Numbered from the stretch's first letter, positions 39,375 to 49,386 are shown. The stretch: DNA of 64,000 bases from an uncultured Candidatus Saccharibacteria bacterium (GCA_964348525.1 CAYGCY010000002.1:9726-73725); one strand, 5' to 3'. The notes: a model not told the origin generated them from the letters alone. A program made the numbers and translations.

Positions 39375-40439
39375 TTATTTGTTACCTAGGAAGTGGTATT
39401 TACCCTCTTTGTCTCTTTTAAAGAATTTTGGGTTCTGAAGATTAACCAATATAGTATTTTCTTTTACGTATCTTTCCTTCAAAACTTTCTCGATTATTTT
39501 ATCCTTTGGAAGTGGTCCGCTCTTTTCAATGATAGACACTATTACATCTTTTACCACCCCTGGAGCATATCCCCACTCTTTTAGAGCATAGAGCCCTCTA
39601 CCTACCAACACAAAACGAGCATCTTTAATCAGTTCGTTGTGAGTAGTAGCAACGTGTGCGCGCTTATTGAAATATGTAGTAATAGCTTTGGCAACATCTC
39701 TAAAGTGGATGGGCGACCCGTGCTTGCGTATAACAAGATATGCATAATCTCTGATGCCTTTTGCCTTTACATTTGAAGAAGAAGTTTTGCCCCATTCTCC
39801 TAGAGGGTTTTTCCCTACTTTGTGAGAAAGGTTGAGCCAACGCCTTATTATTTCGTCCTGTTTGTATTCGTCTGAAACATCTTTTACATATTCCAAAAAC
39901 TTTTTTACTAGTTCTGATTCTGGCACAAGCTCACTGTCGTCTAGAGACACATAGAGTTTTTCCAAAGCAGAATGCACATTTTTAGCGAGATTTTCATCTA
40001 TATGCCATCTGTGTCTAAACTGTTCGTCTTCTTTTTCCTTTGTGAAATGCTCACCTAAAACTAATAGGAAATGTATAAAATTTTGACTTGACTGGTCGCT
40101 ACCAAGCTCATCTAAAAGCTCTTGATGAACTATTATTCCGCCAAGTTTTCTCAAAACATTTTTTAGTTCTTCAAATACTTCGGATTGTTTTGTATATTCC
40201 TTTGATTTACGGATATTGTTTAGAGAATATTCGTCTATCTGACGAACTCTTTCACGAGTGATCCCATACTTTTTGCCTATGGCTTCAAGGGTCATTGGTT
40301 TTGTCTCTCCACCTAACCCATATCGCTTTGTAACGATGTCTCTCGCCCTCAACGGCAATACCGAAAGAAGCTGTTTAGTGACCTGTTTTGGCTTGAAATT
40401 TAGCTTTATTTGAGCCTTTTTTGCTGTTTTTGATGACAT
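39375..40439 (-). CDS. Sigma-70 region-4-like HTH protein with C-terminal HARE-HTH-like domain
   Basis: N-terminal LTLEAIGKKYGITRERVRQIDEYSLNNIRK (sigma region 4.2-like). C-terminal GRGLYALKEWGY resembles HARE-HTH / RpoE-delta. Confidence 0.5.
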   Translation of the reverse strand: MSSKTAKKAQIKLNFKPKQVTKQLLSVLPLRARDIVTKRYGLGGETKPMTLEAIGKKYGITRERVRQIDEYSLNNIRKSKEYTKQSEVFEELKNVLRKLGGIIVHQELLDELGSDQSSQNFIHFLLVLGEHFTKEKEDEQFRHRWHIDENLAKNVHSALEKLYVSLDDSELVPESELVKKFLEYVKDVSDEYKQDEIIRRWLNLSHKVGKNPLGEWGKTSSSNVKAKGIRDYAYLVIRKHGSPIHFRDVAKAITTYFNKRAHVATTHNELIKDARFVLVGRGLYALKEWGYAPGVVKDVIVSIIEKSGPLPKDKIIEKVLKERYVKENTILVNLQNPKFFKRDKEGKYHFLGNK

Positions 40440-40519
40440 ATTGTGTAATTAATACCTATGCTTTTTATCATTATTAGGTAAAAAGGTCAAGCGGTATCAA
40501 AACTGGGGATAATTTTTGC

Positions 40520-42799
40520 CTAAATTATCAGATTTATTATCCTTCCCGGAACATAAATTCGCCTCTTTACTGGGCTAGAAATATATTTTTTCAATTCCTC
40601 ATTTTTCTCTATCTTTGAGGCTATTTCTTCCTCTGTATCTGTATTTTTTATATCTATCACCCCTCTAAATTTCCCATTTATTTGGACAGAAATTTTCACA
40701 ACACTGCTTTCTGAGACTTTTTGAGCAATAGGCCACTCTGATTGGTGTATTGATCCTTTCATACCAATTTTCTGCCAAAGCTCTTCGGCTATGTGTGGCG
40801 CAAAAGGGGCGAGCACTTGCAAGAATCTTGCGAAATTTTTCTGAGGAATCTCTTTTTCTTTTTCTAATGCATTCGCGCAAATCATTAATTGAGATATTGC
40901 AGTATTGAAAGACATTTCTTCAATATCATTACCAACTTTTTCAATTGTTTTCTCAAAAACACTTGAACTAGTCATTGATGACATTTCAATATTTTTTACC
41001 TTTTCAGCAAGTACGAAAACTCTTTCCAAAAATCTCCTCGGACCCACGATGCCATCCTGTGACCAACTAACTGCCTGCTCAAATGGACCAATAAACATTT
41101 CATATAGGCGCAATGTGTCTGCTCCGAATTTTTTTACTATGTCGTCTGGGTTTATCACATTCCCCCTAGATTTGCTCATTTTTTCTCCACCGGAAGCTAA
41201 AATCATTCCGTGAGAAGTTCTTTTTGTGTAGGGCTCAGATGTTGGGACTAACTTTTGATCATATAAAAATTTATTCCAAAAACGAGAGTAAAGGAGGTGA
41301 AGCGTGGTGTGCTCCATCCCTCCGTTATACCAGTCAACAGGTTGCCAATATTTTAATTTCTCAATATCTGCAAATAATTTAGAATTCTTGGGGTCTATAT
41401 AACGTAAGAAATACCAGCTTGAACCCGCCCAGTTTGGCATTGTGTCGGTCTCCCTTTTCGCGAAACCTTTACATTGCGGACACTTCACATTTACCCATTT
41501 AGAAACGCTCGCTAGTGGTGACTCCCCCGTATCTGTATAGGTATACTTTTTAACTTTAGGAAGTTTTACAGGTAAATCTTTTTCTGGTACTGGCACCGTT
41601 CCACATTTATCACAATGTATTACTGGAATTGGCTCTCCCCAATATCGCTGTCTTGAAAAAACCCAATCACGAAGTTTAAAACGAGTAATTTTTTTGCCAA
41701 AATCTTCAAAACCTGCTTTTTCGTAATCTTTAACAATTGGTAAGTTGTATTTTTGGGCAAATTCATTATCTCGCGCATCATCAGATGGCACAGCCATAAT
41801 TGCTCCTGTGCCGTAATGAGGTAAAACATAATCTGCAATCCATATCGGAACTTCTTCTTTGTTGGCAGGATTGATTGCTTTTACTCCTTTTAATTCAACC
41901 CCTGTTTTTTGCTTCCCTTCTGATGTTCTTTCTATTTCTGTCTTCTTTCTAGATTGAGCAATATAATTTTCAACCTCTTCCCTGTTTGTAATTGCTAAAC
42001 TTTTAACAAGCTCATGCTCCGGCGCCAGTACCATATATGTCGCGCCAAAAATAGTATCTGGGCGAGTAGTGAAAACTTTTATTTTTAATTCATTATTCTT
42101 TATTCCAAATTCTATTTCTGCACCTTCGCTTTTTCCTATCCAATTTCTTTGTTGAATTTTTACTCGTTCTGGATAATCCAACGTCTCTAAATCATCGTGC
42201 AGGCGCTCTGCGTATTTTGTGATGGCAAGCATCCATTGTTCCTTTTCTCTTTTTTCTACCGGTGTACCGCACCTTTCACATTTCCCATCAACTACCTCTT
42301 CATTTGCTAAACCGATTTTGTCTTGTGGACACCAGTTAATTTCCGATTTTGCTTTGTATGCAAGTCCGTGTTTAAGAAGTTGCAGAAAAATCCACTGTGT
42401 CCATTTGAAATATTTTGGATCTGTCGTATTTACTTCGCGCGACCAGTCAAAAGAAAGCCCTAGGGACTGCATCTGTTTTCTGAAATTTTTTATATTCTTC
42501 TTTGTGGTTACTTCGGGATGTATGCCTGTTTTTACGGCATAGCTTTCCGCGGGAAGACCGAAGGCGTCCCAGCCCATTGGATAAAGCACGTTTTTGCCCT
42601 CCATTCGCCTCTTACGAGCCACTACATCAAGAGCTGTATAGCTTCGTACATGCCCCACATGAAGACCATCGCCGGACGGATACGGGAACTCAACAAGGAT
42701 GTAGCTTTTGTCCCCTGATTCCTTGGCTCTATATAGTTTTTTAGAATCCCAATACTTTTGCCACTTTTTCTCTATTTTTAACGGGTCGTATTTACTCAT
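40520..42799 (-). CDS. leuS: Leucyl-tRNA synthetase
   Basis: HIGH-type motif (HVGH) and KMSKS. 759 aa. Confidence 0.9.
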   Translation of the reverse strand: MSKYDPLKIEKKWQKYWDSKKLYRAKESGDKSYILVEFPYPSGDGLHVGHVRSYTALDVVARKRRMEGKNVLYPMGWDAFGLPAESYAVKTGIHPEVTTKKNIKNFRKQMQSLGLSFDWSREVNTTDPKYFKWTQWIFLQLLKHGLAYKAKSEINWCPQDKIGLANEEVVDGKCERCGTPVEKREKEQWMLAITKYAERLHDDLETLDYPERVKIQQRNWIGKSEGAEIEFGIKNNELKIKVFTTRPDTIFGATYMVLAPEHELVKSLAITNREEVENYIAQSRKKTEIERTSEGKQKTGVELKGVKAINPANKEEVPIWIADYVLPHYGTGAIMAVPSDDARDNEFAQKYNLPIVKDYEKAGFEDFGKKITRFKLRDWVFSRQRYWGEPIPVIHCDKCGTVPVPEKDLPVKLPKVKKYTYTDTGESPLASVSKWVNVKCPQCKGFAKRETDTMPNWAGSSWYFLRYIDPKNSKLFADIEKLKYWQPVDWYNGGMEHTTLHLLYSRFWNKFLYDQKLVPTSEPYTKRTSHGMILASGGEKMSKSRGNVINPDDIVKKFGADTLRLYEMFIGPFEQAVSWSQDGIVGPRRFLERVFVLAEKVKNIEMSSMTSSSVFEKTIEKVGNDIEEMSFNTAISQLMICANALEKEKEIPQKNFARFLQVLAPFAPHIAEELWQKIGMKGSIHQSEWPIAQKVSESSVVKISVQINGKFRGVIDIKNTDTEEEIASKIEKNEELKKYISSPVKRRIYVPGRIINLII

Positions 42800-42994
42800 T
42801 CATTAAAATATACCATTTTCCTTCGAACTTTTAAGCGAGCTAATAGTTTCGCCGAACATTGCGGAATCGAGTCAGCATGGTGAGTCAGGACCCTGAGCGT
42901 AGCGAGGGGCTCTTTACTCTGACGAGATGAGCATAGCAAAAACCCTCGCTGGGGGTTTTATGCGCGTTCGCCGACACTATTAGCGAGCAAACCT

Positions 42995-43525
42995 TTAATC
43001 GCGAAACTTTTTGAATGCCACCCACACAAGAATTGCTAAGGCTATGCCGAGAATTATTACTTTTATAGAATCATCTGCTGAACCCCAATAACGCATTGAA
43101 GCAACAATAAATGAAAGCACACCAGCGAGTGAGAGCGACTGGCCTATTGTCATATTACCTTTAAAGAAGTTTCCTCCAGCCACACAGAGCGCTCCAAGAA
43201 TTACTAGCGTCACAAAAACATTTCTGTCATATGTTTTTTGCGCAGAGTCATAATCCTGCCTGCAAGTGAATTGCAAATCACAAAAGCCCGTTGCTTCTGT
43301 TTTTTGTGGAGCGTAATAATTGTTTTCATTCCACTGACCACCCTTTGATACACAAGAATTTTTCGTATTTGCTTCTACTATCTGTTCAGTATTTGGGCAA
43401 AATTTTACGAAATCTGGCTGTTTGTAAATAAGAGAAAGTGCGTAATTAAAGAAAAGATTTATAACTATTACCATTCCAATAATAAGAGACCAACGAAGTA
43501 TTTTTGATGTATTATTTGGTTCCAT
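42995..43525 (-). CDS. Hypothetical membrane protein with Cys-containing extracytoplasmic loop
   Basis: 176 aa, N- and C-terminal TM helices. Confidence 0.45.
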   Translation of the reverse strand: MEPNNTSKILRWSLIIGMVIVINLFFNYALSLIYKQPDFVKFCPNTEQIVEANTKNSCVSKGGQWNENNYYAPQKTEATGFCDLQFTCRQDYDSAQKTYDRNVFVTLVILGALCVAGGNFFKGNMTIGQSLSLAGVLSFIVASMRYWGSADDSIKVIILGIALAILVWVAFKKFRD

Positions 43526-43575
43526 TCTGCTATATTAACACGAGACAAACATTGGCCCAAAGGAGGTGATGAAAG

Positions 43576-43695
43576 ATGGCCCGAAAGGTAATTTGCCGCA
43601 GGTGTCACCACGGCTCGCTTTTCTGCCGTTGTGCCCGCTTCAATCCGAAACCCTTAGTCCGCCGCCCTCGCAAGAGAGCGAGAAAAGCGAACTAG
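43576..43695 (+). CDS. Small basic zinc-ribbon-like peptide (39 aa), GC-rich cassette
   Basis: Perfect SD AGGAGGTGA 8-9 nt upstream. MARKVICRRCHHGSLFCRCARFNPKPLVRRPRKRARKAN. Preferred over the overlapping 79-aa frame in the ORF track. Confidence 0.35.
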   Translation: MARKVICRRCHHGSLFCRCARFNPKPLVRRPRKRARKAN

Positions 43696-43708
43696 CAGTG
43701 AGCTTACA

Positions 43709-43746
43709 GGGCACAAGCAAGAAATTGCGTGTGTCCTTTGTTTTAT
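43709..43746 (+). terminator. Hairpin + T-run terminator for the small peptide gene
   Basis: gggcacaagcaagaaattgcgtgtgtcc followed by tttgttttat. Confidence 0.45.
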
Positions 43747-44741
43747 ATCCTAAACTCTATTACATCCCCATCTTTCACTATATATTCCTTTCCTTCCACC
43801 CTTAACTTCCCTTTTTCTCGTGCATTGGCATATGAGCCAGACGAAACTAAATCTTCATAAGAAACCACCTCTGCGCGAATAAATTTATCTTTAAAATCTG
43901 TATGAATTGCTGTTCCTGCAACGGGCGCTGTTGAACCTTTTTCAATAGTCCACGCACGAGTTTCGTCTTTCCCTGTTGTAAAGTAAGTCTCTAGCCCAAG
44001 GAGCTCATAGCTTTTCTTTATTAATTCATCAAAACCGGTACCAAATACCGAATCAATTTCAACATAAAGCCCCGGCACTCTGTCTTTAATATCTGAAATA
44101 TTTTCAGCGGCCGCTGAAGTATTCAGCACATACAAAATTGGCTTCATAGTAAGTAAATTCATCCCTTTTATAATCTCTTTCTCCTCTTTACTTAAGTAAA
44201 GTGTACTTGCGAGCTTCCCTTCGAGTAAAACAGTTTCAACCTTTTTTAGAACGGCTTCTTCGGCAATTGCTAATTTATTTCCCGCCTTAACATCTTTTTG
44301 TAAATTTGAAAGACGCTTTGAAACACTTTGTTCATCTGCGAGTACTAATTCCAAATTGATTACTTCAATATCTGAAAGTGGGTCAATTTTCCCAGCCACG
44401 TGAATAATATCGTCATCTTTAAAAACACGAACGACCTCCGCAATTGCGTCCACCTCGCGAATGTTTGTAAGAAATTTATTTCCAAGACCTTCGCCATCGG
44501 CCGCACCCTTCACGAGGCCTGCAATATCCACGAATTCAATTACTGCTGGGATTGTTTTTTCTGATTGAGAGATTTCAGTAAGTTTCGCCAAGCGCTCATC
44601 AGGTACAGGGACAATGCCTACCGATGGGTCAATAGTACAAAAAGGATAATTTTCTGCCGGTACACTTTTTTTAGTAAGCGCGTTAAAAAGAGTTGATTTA
44701 CCAACATTTGGTAGGCCTACAATTCCGATGCTTAATTTCAC
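43743..44741 (-). CDS. ychF: Ribosome-binding ATPase YchF (Obg-family GTPase)
   Basis: G1 [10 protein letters not shown]-terminal TGS-like domain. Confidence 0.9.
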   Translation of the reverse strand: MKLSIGIVGLPNVGKSTLFNALTKKSVPAENYPFCTIDPSVGIVPVPDERLAKLTEISQSEKTIPAVIEFVDIAGLVKGAADGEGLGNKFLTNIREVDAIAEVVRVFKDDDIIHVAGKIDPLSDIEVINLELVLADEQSVSKRLSNLQKDVKAGNKLAIAEEAVLKKVETVLLEGKLASTLYLSKEEKEIIKGMNLLTMKPILYVLNTSAAAENISDIKDRVPGLYVEIDSVFGTGFDELIKKSYELLGLETYFTTGKDETRAWTIEKGSTAPVAGTAIHTDFKDKFIRAEVVSYEDLVSSGSYANAREKGKLRVEGKEYIVKDGDVIEFRI

Positions 44742-44790
44742 TCGGTAAGAATACCCAAAAAATAGACACCTGTAAAACTCTCTCCAACTT

Positions 44791-45675
44791 TTATTTAGCC
44801 GTTTCTAGTTCTTTTTTCTGGTGAGCTAAAAAAGTGTAAATAATCGCAGATACGAATAGCAAAACCCCTCCGACTGATTGAAGTATGGTAAACCTTTCTC
44901 CTCCTAGCCAATATGAGAAAAAGGCGGCAAAACCCGGCTGAAGGGATAATAGAATGGCAGCAGTAATTTCTGACGAATGTTTCAAGGAGACCATTTGAAC
45001 AAAAAACACTGAAAGTGTGGGCAGTATTCCCAAAAATACTAGTGGTCCAATTTGTGACGAAGGCACATAAATATTGAACTTTCCAATAACTAAAGCGTAA
45101 ATCAAGCTAAGCACAGCCACTACAGTAAATTGTTGAAAACACACAGTAATGGGATCGAGCTCTTTTTTTGAGTAATGTCCGACCAGTACTAGGTGAACGG
45201 AGGTTGAGATGGCGGACAAAAATATCAATAGGTCACCAAAACCTACATTATTCAAACTTCCAGTCAAAAGATAAAGACCGAAAACAGACAAAGCAATAAC
45301 TGGCAACAAAAATAATTTGAGACGCTTTTTAAATATAAAATAATTTATAAGTGGAACAAAGACAAAAAACATGCCACTTATAAAACCTGTATTTATCGCG
45401 GATGTATATTTCAAGCCTACGGCTATCAAAATAAATACTAGCCACAGAAAAAAACCCAGAATTATTCCGGGCTTTATGTTCTCGAAGGGGTTTTTCTTAA
45501 GGTAAAGTAAATAAACATATAAAGGTATTGCCGCAATCAGAAACCTAAAAGCGGTTAGCATCGAAGCGTCAACAAAGGTGGAAGTCTGTTTGGTTACGAT
45601 GTAGTGAGTGCCAAGCATGACTGAACAATACAGAAGACCAAAAATCGATAAATAGTTTTTTGTTTTTTCTGTCAT
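44791..45675 (-). CDS. EamA/DMT-family transporter
   Basis: About 10 TM helices in a duplicated EamA pattern. Confidence 0.7.
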   Translation of the reverse strand: MTEKTKNYLSIFGLLYCSVMLGTHYIVTKQTSTFVDASMLTAFRFLIAAIPLYVYLLYLKKNPFENIKPGIILGFFLWLVFILIAVGLKYTSAINTGFISGMFFVFVPLINYFIFKKRLKLFLLPVIALSVFGLYLLTGSLNNVGFGDLLIFLSAISTSVHLVLVGHYSKKELDPITVCFQQFTVVAVLSLIYALVIGKFNIYVPSSQIGPLVFLGILPTLSVFFVQMVSLKHSSEITAAILLSLQPGFAAFFSYWLGGERFTILQSVGGVLLFVSAIIYTFLAHQKKELETAK

Positions 45676-45737
45676 ATCAGTAGTTAATGGTTAACATAAT
45701 TATACCACAAATTTATTGGCCTGTGCGCAAGATGGGT

Positions 45738-46520
45738 TTAAAGCGCTTTAAATATCTTGGTGGATAACGCTTTGTTGCTACCAATTATGAATCTCATTGT
45801 GCTCTTTTGTCCGACTGCAATTCTCTTCATTTTTGGGTATTCAATACAACCACTTTCTTTGGCTATTAGAAACCCTGGACTAAAGTCATAAATCAGACTG
45901 TCTCTAGAGGCCACAGCGTCAATTTTGCCCTCTGCTAATAAACAGAAATCTAGATTGGGTGACCAGTTATTCATAACCCTGCCAAATTGAGAGTTGTAAG
46001 CCCAGTCAAAGAATTTTCTTTTTTCTTTCCATTTTGCACTATGAGAAAAATTTATCGAAATATATGAAGATTTTCTGTTTGAATCAAACTTTAGCCTTTT
46101 TTTGTTAAGAAAAGCTCCTTTTCCTTTTTCCGCAAAATACATTTTGTTTAAAACTGGGTTATATACAACAGATGAAACAACTTCTCCTTTATGCAAACAA
46201 GCAAGCGATACTGAAAAATGTGGTAGGCCAAGCAGAAAATTACTACTTCCATCAAGTGGGTCAACTATAATCGTGTCCAGTGATTTTTTATCTATGAATC
46301 CCCTCTCCTCACTTAAAATATTTATTTTAGGGAGTTTAGTGGTTAGAATTTTGATAATCGCTTCTTCAGAATCTGTGTCTGCTTTGGAAAATACATCGTA
46401 GTTGTCTTTGCCTTTATTTAATTCCTTTACGGCACTATTTTCAAAAGCTTTTTTTAGTATCTTCCCAGCTTCATACCCCGCTTGAATCATAACGTTGAGT
46501 GTAGATTTATTTTTTGTCAT
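45738..46520 (-). CDS. Inositol monophosphatase-family phosphatase (SuhB/CysQ-like)
   Basis: DPLDGSSNF and WSPNLD...EGKIDA motifs. Confidence 0.8.
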   Translation of the reverse strand: MTKNKSTLNVMIQAGYEAGKILKKAFENSAVKELNKGKDNYDVFSKADTDSEEAIIKILTTKLPKINILSEERGFIDKKSLDTIIVDPLDGSSNFLLGLPHFSVSLACLHKGEVVSSVVYNPVLNKMYFAEKGKGAFLNKKRLKFDSNRKSSYISINFSHSAKWKEKRKFFDWAYNSQFGRVMNNWSPNLDFCLLAEGKIDAVASRDSLIYDFSPGFLIAKESGCIEYPKMKRIAVGQKSTMRFIIGSNKALSTKIFKAL

Positions 46521-46564
46521 ATTTTATATAAAGTTGAAACCTCATTATATTCTACCGCTAATTA

Positions 46565-46604
46565 CACAAAGGGCTGGTTGCGGTTCAAAACCGCAACCAG
46601 CCCT
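46565..46604 (-). terminator. Perfect hairpin terminator after the P-loop kinase gene
   Basis: gggctggttgcggttcaaaaccgcaaccagccc with T-run on the minus strand. Confidence 0.75.
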
Positions 46605-46610
46605 TATTGG

Positions 46611-47153
46611 TCAGCCCTTAGCTAGCCTCAACACTTCGACCACCAGAGAGTCGATGCTTGAACCGTCTTCGTTGTACACGACAGTATGATTCTTCGTACC
46701 TTCCGGAAATTCCTCGAATGCTTCCGCACACATGTTGTGAATCTTCGTGGCGATTTCCGGTGTATGGAGAAGATGTCCTTCCCGTGGAGCCGAAAGACGC
46801 GCTACAGCAGTTTCCGGTGCCGAACGCACCTCAACCCACTGCACATCAACTTTCTGCTCGGCACAGAAAGCTTCCATCTGTGAGCGGACTGAGTGATATG
46901 GATAAACTTCATCCATGATCACAATCGAAGCCCCACTATCAAACTTGTAAAGGGCTTCTTTCAGTGCGTCCTGACAATAAAGCGACCTCACTTCTGGGGG
47001 GTCGACTTCGTCAGTCACCTTTTTTGGGTCAGCCCTGATTCGTTTGTGATGGTCAACATCAACGCGCGTTGCCCACCCCAACTCGTGCATCCGCTTACAA
47101 ATCGTCGTTTTGCCTGAGCCAGGCAAACCGGCCAGCAGTATGAGCGTGTTCAC
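46611..47153 (-). CDS. P-loop kinase / AAA_33-like NTPase (GC-rich island)
   Basis: Walker A GLPGSGKTT, Walker B IVIMDEV. GTG start with AAGGAGA SD. About 52% GC. Confidence 0.6.
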   Translation of the reverse strand: MNTLILLAGLPGSGKTTICKRMHELGWATRVDVDHHKRIRADPKKVTDEVDPPEVRSLYCQDALKEALYKFDSGASIVIMDEVYPYHSVRSQMEAFCAEQKVDVQWVEVRSAPETAVARLSAPREGHLLHTPEIATKIHNMCAEAFEEFPEGTKNHTVVYNEDGSSIDSLVVEVLRLAKG

Positions 47154-47253
47154 CTGTATCTCCTTGCCAAGGTAACAAAAATGGCCTCCAACCGAAGACC
47201 AATCTAGTTATGAACTTACCATATATATAAAGCTTAATCAATTCACTTCAAAT

Positions 47254-47290
47254 TAAAAAAAGGGCGTAACTATTGCAATAGTTACGCCCT
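47254..47290 (-). terminator. Hairpin terminator downstream of tRNA-Tyr
   Basis: gggcgtaactattgcaatagttacgccc with T-run on the minus strand. Confidence 0.75.
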
Positions 47291-47316
47291 CTGACCCAGC
47301 CAACAACCAAAACGAC

Positions 47317-47402
47317 TGGTGGGTAGGAGAGGATTCGAACCTCTGTAGGCTCACGCCAACTGATTTACAGTCAGTCCCCTTTAACCGCTCGGGCACCTAC
47401 CC
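47317..47402 (-). tRNA. tRNA-Tyr (GTA), type II with long variable arm, CCA encoded
   Basis: GGGTAGGTGCCCGAGCGGTTAAAGGGGACTGACTGTAAATCAGT...GGTTCGAATCCTCTCCTACCCACCA. Perfect 7-bp acceptor stem. Starts 5 nt after the tyrS stop. Confidence 0.85.
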
Positions 47403-47406
47403 CTAG

Positions 47407-48675
47407 TTATTCAACAACAACTTTGTGGTAAGTCTTCTTCCCTTTTCTCAAAAGAACCGTGGAGTCGTCCGTCACAAACTGACTCAACGAGACTCCGGTA
47501 TCCGTTACGGCCTTGTTGCCGATGTAAATACCGCCGGCTCTCACGAGCTTTGCCGCTTCTGTTTTTGACGTGGAGAAGCCCACCCTAACGAGAACTTCGG
47601 TGAGCTTCAACCCGTCTATTTCAGACTTGGTGAAAGTGGTACTCGGAACATGCGACAGGTCCCCACCTTCAGCACCAAACAACCCTCTTGATGAAGCTTG
47701 GGCTTTTTTCGCCTCTTCTTCACCGTGAGTGATTTTGGTTGCCTCAAAAGCGAGGGCCTCCTTTGCTCCTCGCAAATGGTGTCCGCCTTGTTCGCAGAGC
47801 TTGGCGATTTCTTCCAATGGCAGAAAGGTGAAGAGTTTCAGGAACTTTTCCACATCTCTGTCATCGGAATTAATCCAGTACTGGTAGTACTCGAAGGGCG
47901 AAGTCTTCGCCGCATCAAGCCAAATCGCACCAGACTCCGTCTTGCCCATCTTCTGTCCACGCGCAGTGGTGAGAAGCGGGAACGTCAAGCCGTGGGAATT
48001 TCCTTGCGTCACTTTCTTGATGAGGTCGATGCCCGCAAGGATGTTGCTCCACTGGTCGTCACCACCCATTTGCACCGTACACCCGTGCTTTTCGTACAAG
48101 ACGAGGAAATCATACGCCTGAAGCAACTGGTAGTTGAACTCAATGAAGGACAAGCCTTCATCTCTGTCCAGTCTCATCCTGTATGCTTCAGCGCGAATCA
48201 TCTCGTTCACCTTGAAGAATCGCCCGACGTCCCTCAAAAACTCGATGTAGTTGAGGGGTAACAACCAGTCCGCATTGTTCAAAAACAATCCAACGCCGTC
48301 ACCGAAAGACAAGTACCTCTTGAGTTGCTCCAAAAGAAGACGACCGTTTTTCGCGATGTCTTCTTTTGAAAGCATTTGTCTCATCTGCGTCTTCCCGCTC
48401 GGATCCCCAATCATGGTGGTTCCACCACCAATGATTGCAATGGGCATGTGACCAGCCCTTTGCAGATGGGTCATTGCCATAATCGGCAACAGATGTCCAA
48501 CGTGCATGCTGTCTGCAGTTGGATCGAAGCCGACATAGAACGTGACCTTCCCCGTGTCTAACAGGGATTCAAGCGACAAGGTCTTCACCAGCGTGTGCCG
48601 GTCAAAAACCTCGACAGGCGCTGTCTCCTGCTTGATGAAACCCCTGCCCTTCAGTTCTTCGTATACGTGTGACAT
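47407..48675 (-). CDS. tyrS: Tyrosyl-tRNA synthetase (compositionally atypical, about 52% GC)
   Basis: HIGH-type motif (HVGH) and KMGKT (KMSKS-type), C-terminal S4-like domain. GC far above the other aaRS genes here. Confidence 0.9.
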   Translation of the reverse strand: MSHVYEELKGRGFIKQETAPVEVFDRHTLVKTLSLESLLDTGKVTFYVGFDPTADSMHVGHLLPIMAMTHLQRAGHMPIAIIGGGTTMIGDPSGKTQMRQMLSKEDIAKNGRLLLEQLKRYLSFGDGVGLFLNNADWLLPLNYIEFLRDVGRFFKVNEMIRAEAYRMRLDRDEGLSFIEFNYQLLQAYDFLVLYEKHGCTVQMGGDDQWSNILAGIDLIKKVTQGNSHGLTFPLLTTARGQKMGKTESGAIWLDAAKTSPFEYYQYWINSDDRDVEKFLKLFTFLPLEEIAKLCEQGGHHLRGAKEALAFEATKITHGEEEAKKAQASSRGLFGAEGGDLSHVPSTTFTKSEIDGLKLTEVLVRVGFSTSKTEAAKLVRAGGIYIGNKAVTDTGVSLSQFVTDDSTVLLRKGKKTYHKVVVE

Positions 48676-48843
48676 TTGACTATCCTCTTATAGCTGGTTA
48701 ATGAACTATAGTCTTTGTGACTAGCACACTAACTCTTTATTCAGTAAATCACGAAATCTGCACTAAAGCAACCATTTTATTTGACAATTGTTTATAAATT
48801 TGGCAATATCCCAGTTTAGAAACCCTTACACGGAGCAACTCAA

Positions 48844-49020
48844 TGTTTCGCTATATGATGTTCTACCTAGCCGGCCACAAGGACAGAAAGGCATACCAGC
48901 CCGAATTTGATGCCCGTGACGATACCGAAGCACTCCGAATTGCCACGGATAAACTGGCTGATGTGCGTTTGGCTGGAGGCGACCCTTCGGACTTCAGACT
49001 TTTCAAGGAAATCAAGTAAC
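48844..49020 (+). CDS. Small hypothetical protein (58 aa), GC-rich
   Basis: SD ACGGAG. MFRYMMFYLAGHKDRKAYQPEFDARDDTEALRIATDKLADVRLAGGDPSDFRLFKEIK. Followed by terminator 49029-49056. Confidence 0.35.
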
Positions 49021-49028
49021 TAGCACAG

Positions 49029-49056
49029 CAAGCCGCCCCAAAGGGGCGGCTTTCAC
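49029..49056 (+). terminator. Hairpin terminator
   Basis: agccgccccaaaggggcggcttt. Confidence 0.6.
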
Positions 49057-49128
49057 ATTCAAAAATATGAACGATTGAAAAAAAATTTAAAATATTGTAG
49101 AACTAATGCCCCTCTACCGGAGAACGAC

Positions 49129-49386
49129 ATGGGAGTTACGCAGTACCCTCGTGAGCTTGCGGTTGCGATGTCGAAGCCCAAACATCTGCAGTTCTTTCAT
49201 TCTTTGTCTATCGTAGAGAGACAAAGAATTCGTGGCTTGGCAGGAGGAGTACACAAGTGCGGGTGCAGTTACTTTCACGAGCAACTCGGCACCGCCTGCG
49301 AGCACGACATTGCCACATTTCTGGCACTACCCATCACGAAGCGCAAGACCATCCTGCGTTCGTCCGCCCACCACCTCAGAACTTGA
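49129..49386 (+). CDS. Small hypothetical Cys/His-containing protein (85 aa), GC-rich
   Basis: SD CGGAGAA. MGVTQYPRELAVAMSKPKHLQ...HKCGCSYFHEQLGTACEHD. Start chosen at the internal Met with SD. Confidence 0.35.
   Translation: MGVTQYPRELAVAMSKPKHLQFFHSLSIVERQRIRGLAGGVHKCGCSYFHEQLGTACEHDIATFLALPITKRKTILRSSAHHLRT

Noticed and set aside
42885-42945. CUGACGAG...AAAA resembling a hammerhead ribozyme core
   Set aside because: No GAAA box in the right register. Stems II and III cannot be formed. Better explained as part of a terminator or leader structure.
43566-43805. 79-aa ORF from the six-frame track
   Set aside because: GTG start 0-2 nt after the SD. Low-complexity product that overlaps the ychF 3' end. 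The +1 frame with ideal SD spacing and a zinc-ribbon pattern is preferred.
48676-48843. T-box riboswitch upstream of tyrS
   Set aside because: The leader is only about 150 nt with no specifier or T-box consensus. Only a plain SD (AAGAGGA) and promoter-like hexamers were seen.
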